From contig LSSI01000052.1 of NCBI GenBank assembly GCA_001595945.1, positions 1-58,000 of the forward strand: DNA of 58,000 nucleotides, read 5' to 3'. Source of the stretch: Thermoplasmatales archaeon SM1-50 (lineage in GTDB: Archaea > Thermoplasmatota > E2 > DHVEG-1). The position numbers and the translations under genes were made by a program. Below, in pieces: positions 49,491 to 58,000 of this stretch; the first letter of the stretch is position 1; every line of letters begins with the position of its first letter. The notes beneath the pieces are model-generated. The model worked only from the letters and a program-made list of their open reading frames with translations, was not told the DNA's origin and searched no databases.

Positions 49491-49649
49491 AACAACATGC
49501 TTTTTTTGGTATTTCTCTTAATTATCTTATATAAGTGTTTTTTCTTGAAAAATTGTAGTGTCTGTCTGATTTGTTTTGGTTTTTTCCCTAGAACTTCAGA
49601 GGATATATAAATAATGTGACCTATTTGCTTTTTGTTGCTTATATAACAT

Positions 49650-50570
49650 ATGGAGGACGGAAGAAATATGGGAAAGTTTCTATGGAAAAAAGAAATTGCG
49701 TTAGGAATTGCTTTTCTGTTTTTTTGTTTGGCTGTAGGTGTTTCGACCGCAGGTCAAAAAACAAATGTCCGTCATGATGTAGTCCCATCTGATGGCTTTG
49801 GTCTGCACAGCGTTCTGAATATCGAATGGAGCCAAAATGCGACATACGACCCACTTCCTCCTGATAGTACACTCCGATTGATCACCTTGAACATAACATA
49901 TTGGACCACGCATGGTCCCTTCTTTTATCGGATGATTCTGTTGTATTGTCAGCTTACACATCAGACTATTACGGTGAATCTAGATGTTAGAGATACACCT
50001 AGTTGGTGTACTGCGACCCTTCAAAACACCCAATTACCATTTCTTATATCAGAGACTCAAGTAACACAACATACAACCCTACTTGTTGCAGTGGATGAAC
50101 ACGCGCCTGCTTTCGAACCATTTTTAATCACTCTGTATGCATCAGTGGATACGATGATTGGTCCGTTTGGTCTCCTCCCGTTTGTTTATGGATTTGAAAT
50201 AGATAGGAAGATTGGTTTTGTACCCGGGTACCGAGCGCAAATTACTGTCACCCCGGAATCTAATTTCCTCGAGACCACACCTGGAACCTCGGTCACTGAC
50301 CTGATAACTGTAGAAAATCTCGGAAATGGGAAAACCCTGGTTAATATACAAATTGTTGATTTACCTCAGAACTGGGTTGTTATAATTGATCCGTCTCAAC
50401 TCATTCTAGAAATGAATGAAAGAAAAATAACAAGGCTCATAGTCACTCCTCCTTTTGGTTACTATGGAGTTGCTACAATACTCTTATCTTTTACTCCCCG
50501 GTCGTATTATCATCCAGAATATACCGGAGAACCGCACTTTCTGCACATTGTAGTTGAGGTGAAACCATAA
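49650..50570 (+). CDS. Secreted protein with Ig-like (NEW3/CARDB-like) domains
   Basis: Signal peptide; ITVENLGNGKT, LPQNW. Confidence 0.75.
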   Translation: MEDGRNMGKFLWKKEIALGIAFLFFCLAVGVSTAGQKTNVRHDVVPSDGFGLHSVLNIEWSQNATYDPLPPDSTLRLITLNITYWTTHGPFFYRMILLYCQLTHQTITVNLDVRDTPSWCTATLQNTQLPFLISETQVTQHTTLLVAVDEHAPAFEPFLITLYASVDTMIGPFGLLPFVYGFEIDRKIGFVPGYRAQITVTPESNFLETTPGTSVTDLITVENLGNGKTLVNIQIVDLPQNWVVIIDPSQLILEMNERKITRLIVTPPFGYYGVATILLSFTPRSYYHPEYTGEPHFLHIVVEVKP

Positions 50571-50576
50571 AAAAAA

Positions 50577-51215
50577 TTGAGTCATATATTTGGTTTTATA
50601 ATATTATTATTATCAGCGTCATACTTAATTGGTTGTTTTGATGAAAACATAGACAAGAATAAACCACCAATAGCAGATTATATATTTACTAATGCGAGTA
50701 ATGCATCTATTGATAACTGTTACAAATCTGCTTTTAAATTTACGGATAATTCCTCAGATACTGATGGTGAAATTGTCAAATGGTCTTGGGATTTCGGTGA
50801 TGGCAGCTCTTCAGGTGCCCGGAATCCTCTTTATTATTTCTCCACTCCATGTCACCAGGTAATTACTATAACGTAACTTTAAACGGTAACAGATGAAGAT
50901 GGTGCTATAAACTCAACCACACAAAAAGTACAGATATTTATGGTACCTATTTGTATCCCTGTGGTAAACTCTACATACAGTCCCAAAGAAAATATTACAA
51001 ATCAAACATCTTTATTTTTCAACGCATCATTATCTGAAATATATGGGCAGGATGTTATCTATTACTGGGACTTTGGAAATGGAATAAAAGTTAATGAAAC
51101 AAACGCTATAACAACCCATATTTATGCCATCGCTGGAGTATATACAATAAGTCTAACCATTTCAATTAAAAATGGTCTTTTAGACTATATTACAAAAGAT
51201 ATCATAATATCTTAG
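50577..51215 (+). pseudogene. Frameshifted double-PKD lipoprotein
   Basis: LIGC lipobox; WSWDFGDG; SPGNYYNVTL and TVTDEDGA lie in shifted frames leading into the second PKD (YYWDFGNG). Confidence 0.75.
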
Positions 51216-51264
51216 ACTAAAAATATAGATAAATTACGTTTGAATTAAAATAAAACCATAAATG

Positions 51265-51287
51265 AAAACCATGTCAATGCATTCCCA
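51265..51287 (+). repeat. Cassette-boundary repeat copy, + orientation
   Basis: AAAACCATGTCAATGCATTCCCA, followed by the promoter block of 51388. Confidence 0.8.
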
Positions 51288-51387
51288 TATTCTTATTTTT
51301 TATTTTATTTTTATTTTTTCATAACATTTAAAAGAAATAATGTCATACCAATTTTCATCCTGATTGTATCAGGGGAGGAACAAAAAA

Positions 51388-53028
51388 ATGAAAAAGAAAT
51401 TGATAGGTATGTCGATTTGTATAATATTATTGGTAGCCACTATTCCTGTAGTGTCATCGCTAACTACATATAAATCATCTCAAAACAACCAGAGCCGTAC
51501 AGATTGGATTGAAAAACAAAAACTTCTCGCCTCTGACGGTTCAGCACTGGATTATTTCGGAACTTCTGTCTCATTGGATGGCGACACCGCTCTCATCGGC
51601 GCCTTTAATGCCGATGTTAACGGAATAGCTTGTGGTTCAGCATACGTATTTAACTATGCGGATAACACCTGGACAGAGCAAACAAAGCTTATCGCCTCAG
51701 ATGGAGAGCTTTTTGATTGCTTTGGCTGCTCTGTGTCTCTTGATGGAGACACCGCTCTAATCGGCGCATCTGATGACGATGACCATGGAAGTTGTTCAGG
51801 GTCTGCATACGTCTTCCTCCGAAGTGGAACCACATGGACCCAGCAAGCCAAACTCCTTGCTTTTGATGGAGAAGCTCATGATGATTTCGGATGTGCTGTT
51901 TCTGTGTATGGCAACACCGCACTAATTGGAGCAAGTCATGATGGTGACAATGGAGAAGCAGCGGGCGCTGCTTATGTATTCACACGCACGAGCAACACCT
52001 GGGCATTTCAAGCAAAACTCCTTGCTTCAGATGGGATCGCCTGGGATCGATTCGGATCCTCTGTTTCTCTTTATGGTGATATTGCAATCATTGGAGCACC
52101 GATGGATGATGATGGGAAGGGATCCGTCTATGTCTTCACCCGCTCAGGGTCTACGTGGACACAGCAACAGAAGCTTCAAGCATCTGATGGAAACATGGGA
52201 CATTTTTTTGGCTATGCTGTCTCTCTCTACATGGAGACCGTTCTCATTGGAGCATACGGGGAGGACTCTCATGGACAACTTTCTGGATCAGCATATGTAT
52301 TTATTCGTATCGGTACCACCTGGGCACAACAAGCAAAACTCCTAGCATTAGATAACCAAGAAGAGGATGGTTTTGGCTGGTCTGTATCCCTTGAGGGGAC
52401 CACCGCTGTGATTGGAGCACCATGGGACGACGACAATGGAGACAATTCCGGCTCAACCTATGTATTCACCTACTCTGGAAACCTATGGACACAAGTAAGC
52501 AAGATTCTTCCCTCAGATGGAGGAGAATGGCAATACTTTGGCAATTCAGTTTCTCACCAGATGAACACCACTTTTATCGCAGCAGACCATGATGATGATA
52601 AGGGAGATAATTCTGGTTCTGTCTATGTCTTAGAAAGAGAAGAAGATAATACTCCCCCTAGTGCCCCATACATTACTGGCCCTACAAGTATTAAAGCAAA
52701 GACCGCATACCTATGGAATTTCACCGCAATTGACCCGGAAAACAATGATATATTTTATCAGATTGATTGGGGTGATAATACCATAACCGACTGGATTGGC
52801 AGTTATCATTCCGGGGAAACAATGAGTCAATCGCACGTCTACTTGTATAAAGGAGAGTATCAAATTAAAGCAAAAGCAAAGGATCTGTATAACAACGAAG
52901 GTGACTGGGGAACACTCTCTATTTATGTGCCAACCGCATATAATAAACCAACAAATCTATGGTTCTGGGAACAGCTACTAGAACGATTTCCCAATGCATT
53001 CCCAATACTTCGGCACCTATTTTACTAA
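51388..53028 (+). CDS. Secreted FG-GAP (integrin-alpha-like beta-propeller) plus PKD protein
   Basis: Seven KLLASDG..D.FG.SVSL.G.TALIGA repeats; IDWGD PKD; ERFPNAFPILRHLFY tail. Confidence 0.93.
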   Translation: MKKKLIGMSICIILLVATIPVVSSLTTYKSSQNNQSRTDWIEKQKLLASDGSALDYFGTSVSLDGDTALIGAFNADVNGIACGSAYVFNYADNTWTEQTKLIASDGELFDCFGCSVSLDGDTALIGASDDDDHGSCSGSAYVFLRSGTTWTQQAKLLAFDGEAHDDFGCAVSVYGNTALIGASHDGDNGEAAGAAYVFTRTSNTWAFQAKLLASDGIAWDRFGSSVSLYGDIAIIGAPMDDDGKGSVYVFTRSGSTWTQQQKLQASDGNMGHFFGYAVSLYMETVLIGAYGEDSHGQLSGSAYVFIRIGTTWAQQAKLLALDNQEEDGFGWSVSLEGTTAVIGAPWDDDNGDNSGSTYVFTYSGNLWTQVSKILPSDGGEWQYFGNSVSHQMNTTFIAADHDDDKGDNSGSVYVLEREEDNTPPSAPYITGPTSIKAKTAYLWNFTAIDPENNDIFYQIDWGDNTITDWIGSYHSGETMSQSHVYLYKGEYQIKAKAKDLYNNEGDWGTLSIYVPTAYNKPTNLWFWEQLLERFPNAFPILRHLFY

Positions 53029-53189
53029 GGATATCTTTTTTTTATCACATGTAATTCGCAAAAAAAATTTATTGAGGTAATAACCATATCAATAAATCTG
53101 TATTTCCAAGATTTTTATCTTTTCCAAACATTTAAATGAATCTATTAAATATCAAAACTCACCTGGTTTTACACTAGCTGAAAGGAAAT

Positions 53190-54182
53190 ATGCGAAGCAT
53201 GTTACTTAGAGATATTTATACAATGGGAGTATTACTATTAATTATTGGAATGAATACTATACCAAACATTAGCTGTAAGAATATCCAAAATAGTCCTCAT
53301 AAAGTAGACAATACCTTGAATAAAAACATCATACATAATCAAAAACATGTTCCTGATTGTGTAAAACTTGGAGATTTGCTTTTATTTGATGTTGGATATG
53401 ATGAATCAAATCGATGGAAGAGACCTGGACCATATAATGAACATGGTGTAATTTACATAGGGAGGAATACCACATCTAATGAGGATAAGTTTGTTGAGTT
53501 TATGGGAAACGTGCGTCATCGAAATTACACACAAATTTATAACCAACAAAAAAATCTTATATTTTTACGAGTAAAAACTGCTGATTCTAACCAAATACAA
53601 GCTGCTGTGAAATGGGCAAATAGTAAAATCAATCTCCAATACCAGATTTTTTTCCAATTTCCATTTGGTCTAAAAATTGCGAACACAGATCTTCTCTTTC
53701 CTACCGCGAACAAACTATATTGCATGGAGCTCCTCTGGGCCGCATATTATCAACAAGGAATAGATATTGATCAAAACGGATGGTGTTTTCCATGGTGGGT
53801 GACAGGAAACGATATTCTTACTGATAACGACATCGAAGTCATTTATCAGGAAATCAATGATAGTACCGAGTTCATCAAACCATACAAAGGTATACATATT
53901 GCAAATAATAAAATACTATCGTTGATAAATGCGATGAATAGATCATATATCTTCGGGGATATAGACCTAGAAGTCATTAGCTATAATGATAGGATACAGA
54001 GAGTAGATTTTTACGTTAACGGCATCTATCTAGGGAATGATACAAAACCAAATATTGTACTGACACCTTATTCTTGGTCTTGGAAAGAATCAGAACCAGG
54101 TAAATATGTTATAAAAGCAGATGCATTAGACGATAGAGGAAACGAGTATTTTTCTCGTATCACAGTATGGAAATTCTGTTAG
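53190..54182 (+). CDS. Permuted NlpC/P60 (YiiX/YebB-like) cysteine hydrolase with Ig-like domain
   Basis: GDLL, HGVIYIG, YCMELLWAAY; IQRVDFYVNG. Confidence 0.85.
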   Translation: MRSMLLRDIYTMGVLLLIIGMNTIPNISCKNIQNSPHKVDNTLNKNIIHNQKHVPDCVKLGDLLLFDVGYDESNRWKRPGPYNEHGVIYIGRNTTSNEDKFVEFMGNVRHRNYTQIYNQQKNLIFLRVKTADSNQIQAAVKWANSKINLQYQIFFQFPFGLKIANTDLLFPTANKLYCMELLWAAYYQQGIDIDQNGWCFPWWVTGNDILTDNDIEVIYQEINDSTEFIKPYKGIHIANNKILSLINAMNRSYIFGDIDLEVISYNDRIQRVDFYVNGIYLGNDTKPNIVLTPYSWSWKESEPGKYVIKADALDDRGNEYFSRITVWKFC

Positions 54183-54272
54183 GCATCATGATGTTTTTTA
54201 ACAAGTAACAGAGTGACTTTTCTACTCCCTTTCTTTTTTTATTTTTTGGGATATTGAAATGAGCTAAATATG

Positions 54273-54296
54273 TGCGAAGAGCGATGATTTGAACCG
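54273..54296 (-). repeat. Degenerate tRNA 3' fragment
   Basis: Reverse complement CGGTTCAAATCATCGCTCTTCGCA. Confidence 0.5.
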
Positions 54297-54322
54297 TAGT
54301 TTATTAATAAAAAAAAATAATT

Positions 54323-54931
54323 TTATTTATTATAGAGTGTAACTTCTGGTGTCTGATGTATCGTTATTCCTAACATCTCAAACTCATCAATTATTTTTAC
54401 AAATAATTTAAATAAATTTTTTAGTGTCTCTTTATCTTTTATTACGCCAGTTTTTACAAAATATAGTTCACTTGTATCGTCTTTGAATTTTGGACCAAAT
54501 CTCCCTTCATTATCTTTTATTTCTAATAAAATTCTTGATTGTTTCTCAATGAGATTTCTTAGTTTATGGTTTTGAAATACCTTTCTTAATAATATTTCAT
54601 CATTACCTTTTATTATGTAGTCGTTATCAAAGTAATCATAACCAATTTCAATATCTTGCATTCCTAATGCTTTTCCAATATTTGAAAAAACACCTTTTTT
54701 ATAAATTTTAAAAAAGAATTTTTTTGGATTCATAAATGGTAATCTCATTCTTGTATAGGTTATACTACTTTTACCTGTTGAAACTGTATAGGTATCTAGA
54801 TATATAGTCCAAATATTGTGCTTATACTCTATTCTAGGACCTATGAAATAACCGCCCTCAATATAACTAGCATTCATTTCTTCAGAGAGTTGTCTCCAAA
54901 CTTCTTTTCTGGATAACCCAAATAGTCTCAT
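54323..54931 (-). CDS. Hypothetical protein (DUF3137-like)
   Basis: LFGLSRKEVWRQL, GMQDIEIG..FD..Y.IKG. Confidence 0.7.
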   Translation of the reverse strand: MRLFGLSRKEVWRQLSEEMNASYIEGGYFIGPRIEYKHNIWTIYLDTYTVSTGKSSITYTRMRLPFMNPKKFFFKIYKKGVFSNIGKALGMQDIEIGYDYFDNDYIIKGNDEILLRKVFQNHKLRNLIEKQSRILLEIKDNEGRFGPKFKDDTSELYFVKTGVIKDKETLKNLFKLFVKIIDEFEMLGITIHQTPEVTLYNK

Positions 54932-55177
54932 ATTTTGTCCTTCTATGGATATCACTCTTAGAGTAAATCAATCTTTAATGAGTCGATACACCTTACTTCA
55001 AACAACAGAATTAGTAAGTAATAAATGTTATTAATAAATGTTATTTTTGTTAAGTATTTATAATGTAACATTATACTAGAAAACACATCCAAAAAATTTT
55101 TTAGAAAAAATTTACATAATATTATGATCCCATGAGTATGAATACACGAATTTACTGATAAGAATATTAAATGGTTA

Positions 55178-55199
55178 AGTAAGGAAGGGATTTGAACCT
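55178..55199 (-). repeat. Degenerate tRNA 3' fragment
   Basis: Reverse complement AGGTTCAAATCCCTTCCTTACT. Confidence 0.6.
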
Positions 55200-55281
55200 A
55201 AGATTATCGATATTATTACTATTTACATTGAATTAGTAATACATATTCTTTCCATATAAATCTAAAACAGCATATAGTAAT

Positions 55282-55785
55282 TTATCCAAGATACATGTAT
55301 ATCAAGCATCCAATCAATATCCAAAACGTTGACAAGACAATAAAACCCATTTTTCTATTGATATTAAAGGATACACCTATCATACTAAAAGAAGCAGCAT
55401 AAAAGACAATAATGTAGGGTATATGCAGCGCTAAAATATCTCGAAACGGAATTTTTAAAATGTAATCGAATACTATTTCAAGAACAAGATAAAAGAAAAT
55501 TATAAGAAGCGAGAGTATTATCTTTTTTTCCACTTTTTTCTTTATGTATATTATCAGCGAGACGGTAAATGGTATTAATAATACAACAACAATCGTACCA
55601 AAAGTTTGTCGAAAAACTTCATTATTAAATTTTGAAGAAAGATATACACCACTTATTCCAATATTAAAAATAATTGCGCTAACCACGAAAAGAATATTAG
55701 TAAATTTATATAGATTAGTTAGAGTAGAATTAACCTCTTTTCCTTGATTCATATCCTTCTTTTTATACGATAATATAATTCTCAA
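55282..55785 (-). CDS. Multi-pass membrane protein
   Basis: About five TM helices; LEIVFDYILKIPFR..HIPYI. Confidence 0.75.
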   Translation of the reverse strand: MRIILSYKKKDMNQGKEVNSTLTNLYKFTNILFVVSAIIFNIGISGVYLSSKFNNEVFRQTFGTIVVVLLIPFTVSLIIYIKKKVEKKIILSLLIIFFYLVLEIVFDYILKIPFRDILALHIPYIIVFYAASFSMIGVSFNINRKMGFIVLSTFWILIGCLIYMYLG

Positions 55786-55830
55786 AAAAGATAAATACCT
55801 ATTAACTTTTAAATATTTATCGATAACTTA

Positions 55831-55853
55831 TGCAGGCACTTGGTATTTGGACC
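55831..55853 (-). repeat. Highly degenerate tRNA 3' fragment
   Basis: Reverse complement GGTCCAAATACCAAGTGCCTGCA. Confidence 0.4.
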
Positions 55854-55900
55854 AACCTGTTCACTAGGGGTATTCTGATTCTTGGATAAATAATTCTCTT

Positions 55901-57745
55901 TCAACTCATAAGTGGAATATTATATGGTTTTAAAGATGGGAAGCAATCTAAACGAAAGAGAATGCACGTTCTTGTTGCATGTTCAAATATTAAGACGGTT
56001 TTGGTGCCCCAGATGATTTTTATAAACTTTGGTTGACCCCAGTAGTTTCTTAACCACTTGTTAAAAAATGCTTTACATAAGTAGGCTTGGAAAAATGCAT
56101 CTTGTTTATTATCGATGAAATTATTTTTTATTATGCTATTGTTATATGCATCATCAAGGATTAATCCATTTTGATTGGCTCTAAAATCATTATTTAAAAT
56201 TGTGTGCTTATTGCAATATGCACCAAGTATAATGCCGTAATCATTCTGCATGAACACATTTTCAGCTATAGTGTTATTTGTTGAATCAGATATTGAAATG
56301 CCATATTCAAAATTCTGTTTTATTATGTTATGTTTGATATTTGTATTAGAGAGAAATCGAATACTCATACCTTCTGTATTTCTCGAAATTGTATTGTTGA
56401 TGATTGAACTATTTTGTCCTGTTAAAACAAAACCAACATAACCATTATGATCAATGTTGTTATTAGCGATTGTGTTGTTCACACCGCTATTAATTAGTCC
56501 GTAATCTTCATTGTTTTCAATATTATTGTTGTAAATGTTGTTGTTTGATGAATCGATACTAAGTCCATTATCCTTATTGAGGGTAATAATATTATTACAA
56601 ATATTGGTAAAGTTTGATGAGCTGCAGATAATACCTTGACGGTTATTGAAAATTGTGTTATTAATTAGATTGCAATGATTGGAATCTTTTAGGTAGATTG
56701 CACGCACCGTCTGTTGGATGTTCTGATTTTTTACAGTAATATTACTGCAGTTAATCAGAATAATTTGACCACAAGTATAGTCAATTACTACATCTGATTT
56801 TTCATCTAAATAGACGAGTGGTTTCCCTTGAACAAAGTTATTTAGAATTATGTTAGGGTATGATTCATCAATTAAAATCCCAGAGTATAAAGTGTTGTTT
56901 TCAACGATACATCGCGGTGAATCTGTAAGCGTTATATCGCAAGCATAATTGTAATAAATTGGTTGTCTTAAAAAGTTACCTTTAATTGTATTATCAGGAG
57001 CATCGGTAAGTATAATGGCCTTCCACCGGCAACCAATAACGCTATTAGCTACTAGGGTTGAATTAGTCGAAGCTGAAATATATATGCCATGATAGGTCTT
57101 ATTTACTGTATTATTGCATATTGTATTGTTGTTACAGCAAACACTCAATATCCCTATAGTATAACCATCTACTCGAGATATTATATTATGTTGAATCGAT
57201 GAATGATTTGTATAATACAGGTGGATATTATCATCGTTATTGTTTCTTAGGTCGTTGCTATGGATTATATTATCTGTAGTGTAACATACGCATATTCCAA
57301 AGTTATTATTAGAAATGATGTTACTTGATACGTTACAATTATTTCCAAAGAGTTTAATCCCTGCATTATCTTCCCTTCCACTGTGTTGAATAGAAAAATT
57401 TGTTATATTTACATTATCTGCGTTTATTTCAATAACGGTTCCATTTTGTTTCGCATCGATCCAAGTTGACGATTTCTCCTCCCCAATGAGTCGTATTGAT
57501 TTATTTACATGTACATTTTCATAATAAGGTGATGAATCATTGTAAACAAAAACAGTATCACCCTCAGATGCATTATCAATCGCATCCTGAATCTTTGAAT
57601 AATTCCCTGGACCTGAACCACCGACATACCACCGGGTACCTCTTGTTGTCTCAGATGTTTTTTCTATGTTTTTTGCAGTAGAAGGAATGATGTTTGTCCC
57701 AATAATCAAGAAAATAATTCCAATTGCTAAACCGTTCCGTTTCAT
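55901..57745 (-). CDS. Secreted NosD/CASH beta-helix protein
   Basis: GGTGAG RBS; WYVGGSGPGNYSKIQDAIDNA; beta-helix repeats; C-terminus like 3224..4690. Confidence 0.9.
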   Translation of the reverse strand: MKRNGLAIGIIFLIIGTNIIPSTAKNIEKTSETTRGTRWYVGGSGPGNYSKIQDAIDNASEGDTVFVYNDSSPYYENVHVNKSIRLIGEEKSSTWIDAKQNGTVIEINADNVNITNFSIQHSGREDNAGIKLFGNNCNVSSNIISNNNFGICVCYTTDNIIHSNDLRNNNDDNIHLYYTNHSSIQHNIISRVDGYTIGILSVCCNNNTICNNTVNKTYHGIYISASTNSTLVANSVIGCRWKAIILTDAPDNTIKGNFLRQPIYYNYACDITLTDSPRCIVENNTLYSGILIDESYPNIILNNFVQGKPLVYLDEKSDVVIDYTCGQIILINCSNITVKNQNIQQTVRAIYLKDSNHCNLINNTIFNNRQGIICSSSNFTNICNNIITLNKDNGLSIDSSNNNIYNNNIENNEDYGLINSGVNNTIANNNIDHNGYVGFVLTGQNSSIINNTISRNTEGMSIRFLSNTNIKHNIIKQNFEYGISISDSTNNTIAENVFMQNDYGIILGAYCNKHTILNNDFRANQNGLILDDAYNNSIIKNNFIDNKQDAFFQAYLCKAFFNKWLRNYWGQPKFIKIIWGTKTVLIFEHATRTCILFRLDCFPSLKPYNIPLMS

Positions 57746-58000
57746 TAACTCACCATATGCTATGCTAATACATGGCACATAATAGATGTTGAATATTTAA
57801 AACTTTCCCTAAAGGAAAAAAGTGCTAGAGAATAGACATCAACCTCAAATCCAAATCACCGATCTATTAAGAAATGTAATCTTGAAATATAAAATTTCTA
57901 AAATTTTAAAAGAAGTTACTAAATTATCTAAAATTCTTACGTGAAAAAAAGAAAAGAAATAAGAGTTGAGCAATTTTTTTATTTATTTTTAAAGAGGTTT

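Noticed and set aside
51500-52640. Tandem DNA repeats in the FG-GAP gene
   Set aside because: Explained by ordinary beta-propeller blade repeats.
361-53140. CRISPR array interpretation of the dispersed repeat
   Set aside because: Spacing is gene-sized and irregular, the copies are too degenerate, and there are no cas genes.
361-53140. Canonical integron with an intI gene
   Set aside because: No tyrosine recombinase in the window. The repeats are shorter than canonical attC and the genes have their own promoters, so only an analogy is claimed.

Overview
AT-rich archaeal window. Gene families (gingipain C25, NosD/CASH beta-helix and PKD surface proteins, HdrA/MvhD, Hef, PGF-CTERM, TATA/BRE promoters) suggest an anaerobic Thermoplasmatota lineage such as Thermoprofundales/MBG-D (inference). 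Most of the window is a long, mainly minus-strand run of unrelated monocistronic genes for secreted, surface and membrane proteins. Almost every gene is bounded by a copy of one degenerate ~45-55 bp imperfect-palindromic element (+ strand consensus TCCTYAGAAA(A)C-AGGTGGGTGGGAAAGCAKTGACACG-GTTT), about 30 copies in total. The copies follow gene direction, several abut stop codons, one truncates a gene, and each is often joined to a conserved promoter block. This looks like an integron-like gene-cassette array, with no integrase in the window. A second junction type, 3' fragments of a tRNA(Leu)-like gene, brackets other single genes. Two blocks lack the repeat: a decaying island (Hef helicase, PolB2-associated-type pseudogene, HTH-coiled-coil-TM-Mrr pseudogene, ~13.2-17.9 kb) and a DsrE-TusA-MvhD-HdrA-HdrA-FdhB-like x2-MvhD operon with a divergent Lrp regulator (32.5-40 kb). 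All calls are by-eye motif recognition; no database searches were run.
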